Source of the DNA: an uncultured Actinomycetota bacterium
GTDB taxonomy: Bacteria > Actinomycetota > Acidimicrobiia > Spongiisociales > UBA4744
Direction: 5' to 3'
Assembly (NCBI GenBank): GCA_963823915.1
Contig: CAWGNJ010000004.1
Span: 6,915-70,914 of the forward strand
DNA length: 64,000 nt
Position 1 is the stretch's first letter. Every line of letters starts with the position of its first letter. A program made the translations under genes and the position numbers. Below the pieces are notes generated by a model. The model was not told the DNA's origin, did no database searches, and worked only from the letters and a program-made list of their open reading frames with translations. Positions 38,410-47,377 of the stretch are shown piece by piece.

Positions 38410-39467
38410 CGCGGTACCGCGACGAGATCGCCTTCCCGGACGTCACCAGTTATCGCTACCAACCCATCGGCGAATTTGCCGAGCTCAACGGCCACGAGCC
38501 CGTTCGTGTCGCCTTCTACCACTTCGACGGCATAGCCGCCTTCGGCGAGTGCCAGCACTGCCTCCACCGGGACCAGGAGCACGTCGAGGACTTGTTCGGA
38601 GACGACCTCAACGTCCACCACCGCCTGCTCGAAAGCGGCAGCCTCGGCGGGTCGATCGAAGGCAATGGTCATTTCGAGGGTCTGGCGTCCCGTCAGGGGG
38701 TCCGTCACGGCGACGTTGGAGATGGACTCGACGGTGCCCGGTGTCTCGGTGTCATCCGGCAACACGATGACCACCGCATCGCCTTCGCCCACGAGATCCT
38801 GCTGGTCGATTTCGAGCAGCACGGCGATCTCCCGAGTGGTACTGGAGGTCTCGAAGACTGGCGTTCCCGGTCCGACGGTGGCTCCCACCTGGGTGAGCAG
38901 GCGACCCACCCGAACAGATCCGCTTTCAAAAACGATCCGACCGAGGTCAATGGTGCCGTTGTCTTCAAGGCCAACGTCGGCCTGCCACTCCTCCACGATG
39001 TTCGCGGTTTCAGCCGTGAACTCCTGATCGATCGCCATCTCATCGTTGGGATCGAACCCGAGAGCCGCCAGGTTGCGTTCGAGCTGTTCGACGTCGGGCC
39101 CATCGTCGACCCCGTCCAGAAGAGGCCGCCACGCCGGCCGATCGCCGTAGAACAGGAAGACCGGTGCTCCGTTGAGTTCGAGCAGCGGCTCACCCCGCCC
39201 AATACTCGCCCCCTCTTCCGGCAGCCAGGTGACCACCCCGCCGGTGGCCACGTAGACGATCGACGGGTTCCGGTAACGGAGGTTTCCTTCGAGAACCTCC
39301 ACGTCGATGAGGTCGCCTCTGGTGAGCGGGGTGGTAATGAGCGCTGGCTTCTCAACCGGCTCGGCTTCTTCTTGCTCCTCGACGAGGCGGTTGATCCCGT
39401 AGAACCCGCCGGCCCCGACCGCCCCCAACAGGGCGATGGCCGCGATCCATCCGAGCGTTCGCTTCAA
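38406..39467 (-). CDS. HlyD/MacA-like periplasmic adaptor with an inserted peptidoglycan-binding (PG_binding_1-like) domain
   Basis: N-terminal TM helix, then VEQLERNLAALGFDPNDEMAIDQEFTAETANIVEEWQADVGLEDNGTIDLG, then beta-barrel-like segments. 4-nt overlap with the ATPase gene. Confidence 0.7.
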   Translation of the reverse strand: MKRTLGWIAAIALLGAVGAGGFYGINRLVEEQEEAEPVEKPALITTPLTRGDLIDVEVLEGNLRYRNPSIVYVATGGVVTWLPEEGASIGRGEPLLELNGAPVFLFYGDRPAWRPLLDGVDDGPDVEQLERNLAALGFDPNDEMAIDQEFTAETANIVEEWQADVGLEDNGTIDLGRIVFESGSVRVGRLLTQVGATVGPGTPVFETSSTTREIAVLLEIDQQDLVGEGDAVVIVLPDDTETPGTVESISNVAVTDPLTGRQTLEMTIAFDRPAEAAAFEQAVVDVEVVSEQVLDVLLVPVEAVLALAEGGYAVEVVEGDTNGLVAVELGKFADGLVAITGDVREGDLVAVPR

Positions 39468-39470
39468 GGA

Positions 39471-40058
39471 TCAGCCTCCCATACCGGGGAAGGCGGCGAG
39501 GTCTTGACATGCTTCCATGGCATCCGGGAACTCCGGGTCGACGAACGCCTGCGCCATCTCGGTCATCGGGAACGGTATTTCGCTGCCCGTGAAGGTCGGC
39601 AACGGATCCGGCCACAGGTCGACCCCGTTGTCGCGCATGCAGACCGAGAACTCGTTGAGCTGATCGGTGAGGCTGGCGATGAGTTCGGGGTCGAGTTGCA
39701 GCTCCACGCCTTCGCCGGCCTCGGCGAAGATCGTCCGGCACGACGCCAGCGCAGTCTGAAACTCTGGGTCGAGCATGTCGAATTCTTCGGCCATCGAAGC
39801 AGAGATTACCGGTTGTCCCTCGGCGTCAAACGTGATGTCGGGCAGGTCGATACCGCGGTCGCGCATACATGCGGTGAAGTCGAGCGTCACCTCCTCGAGG
39901 GTCGGCGGGGCGGTCGTGGCCGTAGTGTCGACCACCGTGGGCGAGGTTGGCTCGAGCGTGGCGATGGTATCGGTCGGGCCATCTGCCGAATCGGAGCTAC
40001 AGGATGCCAACAGCAATGCCACGATCACCAAACCCAGCACCCAGATCATTCGTCTCAT
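39471..40058 (-). CDS. Lipoprotein with an internally duplicated Cys-pair module
   Basis: MRRMIWVLGLVIVALLLASCSS. Two repeats are present: FTACMRDRGIDLPD...DPEFQTALASC and FSVCMRDNGVDLWPD...DPEFPDAMEAC. It is the first gene of the ABC operon. Confidence 0.6.
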   Translation of the reverse strand: MRRMIWVLGLVIVALLLASCSSDSADGPTDTIATLEPTSPTVVDTTATTAPPTLEEVTLDFTACMRDRGIDLPDITFDAEGQPVISASMAEEFDMLDPEFQTALASCRTIFAEAGEGVELQLDPELIASLTDQLNEFSVCMRDNGVDLWPDPLPTFTGSEIPFPMTEMAQAFVDPEFPDAMEACQDLAAFPGMGG

Positions 40059-40187
40059 CGTTCCTACCTCGTTCAGTAGCACGGAGGATAGCGACAGGCT
40101 GGGAATCAGACTTCCGCCGGTGTCGCGGTGGCCCCGACAGATGTCCCCACGCAGAGTAAGGTCTGGCCCCATGCGGGAGGACTCTTT

Positions 40188-40913
40188 GTGACCGTTTGGA
40201 TCGCTCTTGTGGCGGTCGTGGCCGGGTACCTGTTCGGCGCGGTGTCGTTCACCCGGATTCTCGGCCGGTGGGTTTTGCCCGGTGATGATCTGAGCGGGGT
40301 GGAGGTCCAACTCGGTGAGGGAACCCTCCGTTTCGGTCGGACCAGCGCATCACTGATCTCGCTCAAACGTGGGCCCGGTTATGGATGTCTGACCGGTTTG
40401 CTCGACATGGCCAAGGCAGCCCTTCCGGTTCTAGCCTTCAAACTGGCCTTCCCGGACCATGATTACGAGTTCCTCGTCGCCGCCGCAGCGGTGATCGGCC
40501 ACAACTACCCGATCTTCTACCGATTCCGGGGCGGGGCCGGGATGTCTCCCTTCCTCGGCGGTCTAGCGGTTCTCGATTGGTTGGCGGTCCCGGTGGTGAC
40601 TCTCCTGGGCAGTCTGAGCGGTCTCATACTGCGGAACGTGGTCATCGCCTACATCTTCGGCATTGTCTGGCTGTTCCCCTGGTTCTGGTGGCGGGGGTCG
40701 GGATGGGAGGCGTTCGCCTATGCCGTCGTCGTCAACGTGGCGGTGTGGCCGACGATCTGGCCGGTGATGCGGGACCTGACCCGGATGCAGAAGTCGGGCG
40801 AAATCGATCGAAAAGAGGCAATGAGGCTGCTGACCAGCGGGCATCCATCGCTCAATCGAGACCGGTACCTATCGGAGGACGCCGGGGGAGCCGACGACGT
40901 CTCACCCGGCTAG
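40188..40913 (+). CDS. Divergent PlsY-family (glycerol-3-phosphate acyltransferase-like) membrane protein
   Basis: GGGAGG lies 8 nt upstream of GTG 40188. VAGYLFGAVSFTRILG...LLDMAKAALPVLAF...AAVIGHNYPIFYRFRGGAGMSPFLGG. The canonical SGNxGATN motif is not evident. Confidence 0.55.
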   Translation: MTVWIALVAVVAGYLFGAVSFTRILGRWVLPGDDLSGVEVQLGEGTLRFGRTSASLISLKRGPGYGCLTGLLDMAKAALPVLAFKLAFPDHDYEFLVAAAAVIGHNYPIFYRFRGGAGMSPFLGGLAVLDWLAVPVVTLLGSLSGLILRNVVIAYIFGIVWLFPWFWWRGSGWEAFAYAVVVNVAVWPTIWPVMRDLTRMQKSGEIDRKEAMRLLTSGHPSLNRDRYLSEDAGGADDVSPG

Positions 40914-43201
40914 CCGGCGTCCTCAATGGTCACCATCCCGGTGTAGCCGTCCACCACCACGGTGGCCCCGTCGGGCAGGCGAGTTGCTCCCGGCACCGAG
41001 ACGACACAGGGGATACGGTATTCACGGGCAACGATGCTGCTGTGCGAGAGGATCCCGCCTGATTCGGCGATGACGGCGCCCGCCCGGGCAAACAAGGGTG
41101 TCCAACCGACGTCACTGAAGGGGATGGCGATGACATCACCGGACTTGACCCGGGGTGAGTCCTCGATTCCCCTGACGACCCGCAGGGTGCCCCGGTGGCG
41201 TCCCCGCGCGGTGGCCACCCCGGCGAGTTGGTCGACCTCGAGCGGCCCGCGTCTGGCCGGGACGAAGTCATCACCGAAGATCATGTCGGGCATCTCGATG
41301 TCGGCTAATTCCGTCATCTCCGCCTTGCGAAGCGATACCAGTTCGCTTGGCGAAGCTGGGTGAGAACCATTCATCAGCGCGGACCGGACCTCGTCGAGCT
41401 GCAGGTACATCACGTCGTCGGGGGAGTCGATCATTTGGCGTTCGACCAGGCGCCGCCCGATCTCCAGAAAGGTCGGTCTGAATAGTCCGTACCCGTGGGT
41501 GTAGACGAAGCTGACGTGCTCGCGGTGATCCACGAACGTGCTGGATCGGCTTTGGAGGAAATTCACCCGTTGTCGTGCAACTCGCCCGAGATCCCGGGCA
41601 GCTTCTCGCCAAGGTCGAGTCTGGTAGGCGCCGGTCACCTCGGCGTGATCGAGAGCCATCCGCAGCACCGCGTCCGGCTGTTCGATCCACGGTGGAACCG
41701 AGAAGTCGTTGCCGCTGTCGGACAAATGGCCGAACTCATCGAGGAAGCTCTGGACGGCCGGCTCCAGGTCATCTGGAAGGGCTCGGTAACCATCCCGGCG
41801 AATCGCCTCGACCGCGGCAGGTCCCGCGCCGGCAATGCGCTTGCCGAGCCGGTCGAGTGCCCTGTTCGGGTTGTAGGGGTTGGCCGGATCGCCGAGTTCC
41901 AGGTCGAGTTCGTCCGGGTCGATCCCCAGGTTGCTCAGTGATCGCCGCAGCCATGCCACATAGAGATTGGCCAGCAGCGGCGTGACGATGTTGGCATAGG
42001 CGGCGCGGGTGGTGACCGACGCCAACTCGTCGACGTGGGCCAACAGACCGGAATCGCTGAGCGCTTCGAGGTTGGTCCCGTCGATGGTGGCGTACTGGTC
42101 CCGGAGTGCATCGATTTCCGGGCGGACCGTTCTTCCGTAGCGGGTCTTTCCGATCAGGGTTGCCAGCATGCGGGGAAGGTGGCGCATGGTGGCCAGCGAA
42201 GGCCGGAACTTCGGCTTGGTCTCCGACGGGAGTCCCAACAGCATCTCGAGTCCATCGCGCGGCATCCCCAGGAGTTCGAAGATTTCACCGATGGTCCCCA
42301 TGTTGAAGTACGACCGGTAGGCGAAGGACTTGGCGAGCTGCTGGGGTTGAAGGTCGTTGGGGCCGATCAGCTCTGCGAACAACATGATCCACGCCTGGTT
42401 GACGACCGGAACGTTCACCGACCACACGAGCGGCTTGATCATTCCGGGCATGACCTCCTGCGAGATCCGATTGGAGTAAACGGTGACGTCGTCCAAGCCC
42501 GTGATGGGTCTCACTTGAACCCACCAAATGTGTGTTCCGTCCCACACCCACTCGAGGTCGACCGGCGCTTCGAACTGGTCGGCGATCCGGATGGTCTCGG
42601 CCGCGATCTGACCGGCCAGCCGATCGTTGAGCACAGCGGTCTCATCGGGTTTGGTGCTCCAGGCCCCCCACCGTTCGATCCAGCGTTCCGGTGTAACGCC
42701 TTCTCCGACGAGGGCATCGCCCCGTCCCGCCACCGCCTCGATGACGACTTCGTTCAGCCCGGTCATCGGATTGCGTGAGAACGCTACGCCAGAGATCCTC
42801 GGTGAGACCATCCGCTGGACCATCACCGCCATGGCAACGGGCTGGCGATCTCCCGTCCTTTTTCGATAGGCGGTAGCCGTGGAGCTGCTCGCCGAGTCGC
42901 GCACGACCCGAATGGCGTCCGCGACCCCTGTTGGTCCCCGTACGTCGAGGACGGTTGCGAACTGGCCGGCATAAGAGGATTCGAATCCGTCTTCGACTGC
43001 GGCCGACGACCGGACTGCCCATGGCCCGTCATCTGGTAGCCAGGATTCAATCGAGAGGGGTTTTTCGGGCTGTTCGGAGGCGCGGATCACCCAGGTCTCG
43101 GGAACCCGGAGTCGGTTCTTCAGCAGCCACAGAACGTGGGCGGCCTTGCCGCCGACGGCGGCATCCGCCACAGTCCGATCGGTCAGAAGCTCTGCCTCCA
43201 T
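40910..43201 (-). CDS. PEP-utilising enzyme: PPDK_N-type ATP-grasp domain + C-terminal phosphohistidine swivel domain (PEP-synthase/rifampicin-phosphotransferase-like architecture)
   Basis: 763 aa. N-terminus GGKAAHVLWLLKNRLRVPETWVI; C-terminus GDVIAIPFSDVGWTPLFARAGAVIAESGGILSHSSIVAREYRIPCVV. No PEP/pyruvate TIM-barrel domain follows. Confidence 0.8.
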   Translation of the reverse strand: MEAELLTDRTVADAAVGGKAAHVLWLLKNRLRVPETWVIRASEQPEKPLSIESWLPDDGPWAVRSSAAVEDGFESSYAGQFATVLDVRGPTGVADAIRVVRDSASSSTATAYRKRTGDRQPVAMAVMVQRMVSPRISGVAFSRNPMTGLNEVVIEAVAGRGDALVGEGVTPERWIERWGAWSTKPDETAVLNDRLAGQIAAETIRIADQFEAPVDLEWVWDGTHIWWVQVRPITGLDDVTVYSNRISQEVMPGMIKPLVWSVNVPVVNQAWIMLFAELIGPNDLQPQQLAKSFAYRSYFNMGTIGEIFELLGMPRDGLEMLLGLPSETKPKFRPSLATMRHLPRMLATLIGKTRYGRTVRPEIDALRDQYATIDGTNLEALSDSGLLAHVDELASVTTRAAYANIVTPLLANLYVAWLRRSLSNLGIDPDELDLELGDPANPYNPNRALDRLGKRIAGAGPAAVEAIRRDGYRALPDDLEPAVQSFLDEFGHLSDSGNDFSVPPWIEQPDAVLRMALDHAEVTGAYQTRPWREAARDLGRVARQRVNFLQSRSSTFVDHREHVSFVYTHGYGLFRPTFLEIGRRLVERQMIDSPDDVMYLQLDEVRSALMNGSHPASPSELVSLRKAEMTELADIEMPDMIFGDDFVPARRGPLEVDQLAGVATARGRHRGTLRVVRGIEDSPRVKSGDVIAIPFSDVGWTPLFARAGAVIAESGGILSHSSIVAREYRIPCVVSVPGATRLPDGATVVVDGYTGMVTIEDAG

Positions 43202-43279
43202 TGTTCCTCTGCCCCTCTATGCTCATCTACCACGCTGAGTGGTTCCGTACATATCGTACGGCACGAGAGCAGGGGATGG

Positions 43280-44266
43280 ATGATGTCTGAAAAGGTAGCG
43301 GTACTTCTGTGCGGGTACGGCGAAGTCGAGCATTATGACGAGTTCGCCGAGTACAACGAGCGGTCGTTTCGCCTGTTGGTATCGAAATCGATCAAGTTTC
43401 CCGACTTCTCCATCCCCTGGTTGTCCCGCCGTCTCGAGCGGCAGCAGCGCAAGGAATGGCATGCCGCCAAGCACTATCACTCACCCCACAATGAGATCTT
43501 CGAACGGCAACGGGCGGGAATCGAGCAATCCCTCAAGGAAACTTACGGAGATGACGTTGCCGTGTTCAAGGCCTACAACTTCGTCGACCCATTCCTGCCC
43601 GAACAAGTGCTTGCCGAGGTTCGAGAGCAGGGATACGAGCGGATCGTCGTCTACCCCTGGTTGGTAGTGGACTCGGTGTTCACCAGCGGCCTGGCCCTGC
43701 AACAGATTAATGAGGCACTCAACCCCGATGGTGCTTGGGTGAAAGACATCCGGTACCTCCCCTCCTTCTGGGAACGCTCCGATTTCCAGGAGCTACTGGG
43801 TAGGCACATCGAAGAAGGCATCGCTCCGCTACTCGACCGCTACGTTCCCAGCCAGGTGGGCGTCGTTCTGTGCCTGCACGGGTGTCCTCTCGAAACCAAG
43901 GGAATGGAGACCGGCGTGCGGGAGAGCACCGCTCTCTACTACGCCATACAGGGGAGGCTCATCAGCCGGTTCCCTCTGATCAGCCCGGGTTGGATGAACC
44001 ATCCGGTTCCTGGCAAGTGGACGACTCCCGATGTTGATCAAGCCGCCTCCAACCTCATCGGCTTGGGAGCGCGGGCGATCGTGTTTGCGCCGATCGGTTT
44101 CGTCACCGAAAACCACGAGACCCAACTCGATATCGGCTACACCATCGACAGGATCAGAGATCAGGTGGAGACCGCCCATCTCGCCACCCTCAACGAAGAC
44201 CCGGCCCTGCTCAGCATGGGCGCCGGGTGGATTCACCCGTTGATCGATGAATTGCGCGCTGGATAG
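43280..44266 (+). CDS. Ferrochelatase-family protein
   Basis: VAVLLCGYGEVE.., IVVYPWLVVDSVFTSG, VVLCLHGCP, WMNHPVPGKWTTPDV, IVFAPIGFVTENHETQLDI are in the same order as the ferrochelatase conserved blocks, but divergent. Confidence 0.65.
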   Translation: MMSEKVAVLLCGYGEVEHYDEFAEYNERSFRLLVSKSIKFPDFSIPWLSRRLERQQRKEWHAAKHYHSPHNEIFERQRAGIEQSLKETYGDDVAVFKAYNFVDPFLPEQVLAEVREQGYERIVVYPWLVVDSVFTSGLALQQINEALNPDGAWVKDIRYLPSFWERSDFQELLGRHIEEGIAPLLDRYVPSQVGVVLCLHGCPLETKGMETGVRESTALYYAIQGRLISRFPLISPGWMNHPVPGKWTTPDVDQAASNLIGLGARAIVFAPIGFVTENHETQLDIGYTIDRIRDQVETAHLATLNEDPALLSMGAGWIHPLIDELRAG

Positions 44267-44278
44267 AACGACGGACGG

Positions 44279-44544
44279 GTGGCGGCCAACATAGACAGGC
44301 TTGCCGACGGCTACACCATCCAAGATGCGATCGACTTCATCGGGCCTGAACCTGCGGCGGGCAAGGTCGCCCCCTCGTGGCAGATGGCGTTAATTGCTTG
44401 CCTTTCGAGCGACTGCAGCAAGGAGAGACCTTCGAGTGGGAAGGGGACCTACCAGCCGGGAACTACCACACCGTGTGCGTCCACTTACGCAATACGGGCG
44501 ACTGGCGTACCTGGTCCGGTGGCGGGTTCACTGTGTTTGACTGA
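44279..44544 (+). CDS. Small hypothetical protein; one frameshift near 44385
   Basis: AANIDRLADGYTIQDAIDFIGPEPAAGKVAPSWQ continues in another frame as DGVNCLPFERLQQGETFEWEGDLPAGNYHTVCVHLRNTGDWRTWSGGGFTVFD*. Confidence 0.3.
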
Positions 44545-44549
44545 TCGAG

Positions 44550-44922
44550 CTACCCGGCAACTTGCCACGTCCATGCGTACCAGGCGATCAGTCCGTTGAA
44601 CACCAAGCTCACAACGATCAAGAAATTGTCGTACCACCCGACGTAGGGCAGTCCGACGAGGTTGAAGAGCGCCAGGAAACCCGCGGCCGACGATGCTTAT
44701 CCACCGGATGGCGGGATAGTTCACCGTCACGGAGAGGACGATCATGACGATCGGAATCAGCATTACCCCTGCGGCCAGCAGCCACATCGGTTGCGTTACC
44801 GGTTGACCGTCCATTTCTCCGGCAACAAAGTCGCCGGCAAACAGGCGCAGGACATCCCCGAGAAGGTAGGTCAGCATCAGGGCTACCCACAGTCCCGCAG
44901 GAGTGATCCTCACATCAACCAT
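44550..44922 (-). CDS. Small 4-TM membrane protein; one frameshift near 44690
   Basis: MVDVRITPAGLWVALMLTYLLGDVLRLF...MWLLAAGVMLIPIVMIVLSVTVNYPAIRWISIV continues after the shift as ..GFLALFNLVGLPYVGWYDNFLIVVSLVFNGLIAWYAWTWQVAG*. Confidence 0.45.
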
Positions 44923-45927
44923 GATTCCTTCGCCCTCTTTCTAGTTTCCGCTCGAACGGTGATTACGATTTTTCCGCGGGTGTGTCCCTCTCCGTAGTGT
45001 TCGAGAGCTTCGGCGGTATCGGCCAACGGATACGTTCTATCGATTACCGGCGAGACCTTTCCGGCTTCTATGAGGTCCGTGAGGACAATGAGATCCTCGC
45101 TGCTCCCGGTCGCGGCCATGGGACGAAGCCTCTGCGGTACGAAAAGCGATACCACCAGCGCTTGGAGAGCGCGGCCAGATAGCCTCCGATCAAGTTGCCG
45201 CGGCCCTTGTTGCTGTTGGGTATGAAGGTACCTTTGCGGGTGAGGGCTCGCCGATAGTCCGATAGGGACCGGTTTCCTACGTTGTCGAATATCAGGTCGT
45301 AGCGCGGCCCATTGGCGGCGAAGTCTTCCTGGGTGTAGTCGATCACGTGGTCGGCGCCGATCGAGCGGACGAGGGCTACGTTGGTCGGGCCGCACACGCC
45401 GGTCACTTCTGCGCCTAGAGCTTTGGCGATCTGCACGGCGAACGTGCCGACCCCTCCGGACGCCCCGTTGATCAGCACCTTTTGCCCGGATTCGACCCGC
45501 CCCGTATCGCGCGGAGTGCCTGCAAGGCAGTGACGCCGACCACCGGCACGGCCGCCGCTTGCTCGAACGTGAGGTTGGACGGCTTCCGGGCCAGGGCGAC
45601 GGCCGGCACACAGGCGTACTCGGCGAAGCCTCCCCGGCTGAGTTCGGTGTAGACCTCATCGCCGGGCTCGAACGTCGTCACGTTCTCACCAAGGGCTTCG
45701 ATCCGTCCGGCGATGGCAAGCCCGAGAACCCCGTTCTTGGGTCTTCGCAAACCCGTCATCGGGCGGAGGATGTAGGGCTTGCCCCGGAGTAGGTCCCAGT
45801 CGCCCGGATTGACGGCCCCTGCCAACACCCGTACGAGAACTTCGCCTTCTTTGACTACAGGCCGTTCGATGTCGCGGAGCTGCAGGCCGGCCGGCGTTCC
45901 GTACTCGTGGTAGACGATTGCTCGCAT
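44910..45927 (-). pseudogene. Zn-type alcohol dehydrogenase / NADPH:quinone reductase family; two frame disruptions
   Basis: MRAIVYHEYGTPAGLQLRDIERPVVKEGEVLVRVLAGAVNPGDWDL.. joins LINGASGGVGTFAVQIAKALGAEVTGV.. and then ..LIEAGKVSPVIDRTYPLADTAEALEHYGEGHTRGKIVITV. Shifts are near 45475 and 45160. Confidence 0.75.
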
Positions 45928-46071
45928 GGCGGTCTCCCCATCGGTCCCGATTGTGGCGGCACAACCGCCACACGTCACCCAAGCTCCAGGACCGCGCTGG
46001 CCGCCACCAGAGCCAAAGGTCCCAAAACACTTGCCCTTGTCCCCTGTCGGCGGTGGGTTCCTGACCCCGAC

Positions 46072-47076
46072 TCACATGTCGGTAACGAGAACTACCTTGC
46101 CCGCGTGTCCGCCCCTCTCGAGCAACTCGTGCGCCCGGACTGCTTCCAACAAATGAATGCGTTCCGCCACCGCCGGTCTGAGCTGACCTGCGGCCAGCGA
46201 GTCGAGAAGCTCCGTCAGAGTCTGCATCCGTGCAGATGTCGCGAGGTTCGGGGTCGTCAAGGCCTTCTTGCCGTCCGGAATGAGCTTGAGCAGAGCGAGC
46301 GTCAGCAGGGTGAGTGGAATGACCTTCATGCCTGCCTTGGACGTGGCGGCCACCCCGAACCACACCAATCGCCCCCGCTTGCGCAAAGCTCGGTAGGAAC
46401 GCCAGAGTTGCCGGGCACCACCAATGGGATCGAATACCGCGTCCACCCCATCGCCGGTGACACCACGGATGCGCTCGACAAAATCCTCGGTGCGGTAGTC
46501 AATGGGTGTCGCTCCGAACTTGGAAACGAGTTCGTGGTTGTGTTTGGAAGCCGTACCGAACATCTCCAGTCCGGCCAGCCGGCCCAGATCGAGCAAAGCG
46601 GTCCCGACTCCTCCTGCCGCGCCTTGGATCAGTACACGGTCTCCGCTCTGCACGCCGGCGGTTTGGATCGCCAGGTCGGCAGTGAGGTAGTTGACCACGA
46701 GGCAGACGGCCTCAGCCGAATCGACCTCCGCGGGGACGGGCACCAAATCGCCGGCCGGCAGGCAGATGAACTCGGTGTACCCGCCGCCGCCCAACGAGAA
46801 AGTGCCGCCGGCCACCCTCTGGCCCGGCTCGAGGGTTGATACTCCCTCGCCCAGCTTGTCCACAATGCCGACTACGTCTTCCCCCAGAGTGAACGGTACG
46901 CGCGGAACTCCGGGGAGCAAACCGGAGCGTCGATGCATGAGATCGTATGCGGAAACTCCGGCGGCCAGCACCCTCAAACGCACCTGACCGGCCTCGGGCT
47001 CGGGGAGATCCTCTTCGACCACCCGCAGCACCTCGGGCCCTCCGTGCTGCGACACGACCACCCGGTGATGCTTCAT
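46072..47076 (-). CDS. NADPH:quinone oxidoreductase (MDR superfamily, zeta-crystallin-like)
   Basis: Intact 334 aa: MKHHRVVVSQHGGPEVLRVVEEDLPEPEAGQVRLRVLAAGVSAYD...VLIQGAAGGVGTALLDLGRLAG. Confidence 0.85.
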   Translation of the reverse strand: MKHHRVVVSQHGGPEVLRVVEEDLPEPEAGQVRLRVLAAGVSAYDLMHRRSGLLPGVPRVPFTLGEDVVGIVDKLGEGVSTLEPGQRVAGGTFSLGGGGYTEFICLPAGDLVPVPAEVDSAEAVCLVVNYLTADLAIQTAGVQSGDRVLIQGAAGGVGTALLDLGRLAGLEMFGTASKHNHELVSKFGATPIDYRTEDFVERIRGVTGDGVDAVFDPIGGARQLWRSYRALRKRGRLVWFGVAATSKAGMKVIPLTLLTLALLKLIPDGKKALTTPNLATSARMQTLTELLDSLAAGQLRPAVAERIHLLEAVRAHELLERGGHAGKVVLVTDM

Positions 47077-47377
47077 GCCGGTGCCCTACCTTGAACGACC
47101 GGGGACAATCGTTGGCGTTTGACCTTGCTTCTCCTCTTGGGCGTCCCGTCAACCATGAACGGCACGAGCCGACCGAGCTAGGGCCACTAGACCATTTTGT
47201 GAGAGCCATGGATGCCTCCCCGATTGCCGCTCCTCGTCAACACAAGCGGACTTTGGGACAACGAATCGGGGCCATCCGACCCTATCGACCCTCGCGGTCG
47301 ACAGGCAGTGTTGGTTCGGGAAGGGGCTCACAGGTTTCGCCTCTTCCCTTGACAATCGGTCCAGCCTCGGGAGAGTC

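Noticed and set aside
38592-40079. 495-aa plus-strand ORF
   Set aside because: It is antisense to the adaptor and lipoprotein genes, which have clear motifs and operon structure. Its composition is not protein-like.
42978-42989. GGATTCGAATCC T-loop-like palindrome (and GGGTTCGAACCC at 34713-34724)
   Set aside because: Both lie inside well-supported CDSs and have no flanking acceptor, D-arm or anticodon-arm structure. They are chance motifs.
47270-47377. TTGACA at about 47349 and the inverted repeat TCGACC-N5-GGTCGA at about 47288-47304, upstream of the ABC ATPase gene
   Set aside because: There is no convincing -10 element at the proper spacing and no adjacent regulator gene. The evidence is too weak to call a promoter or operator.
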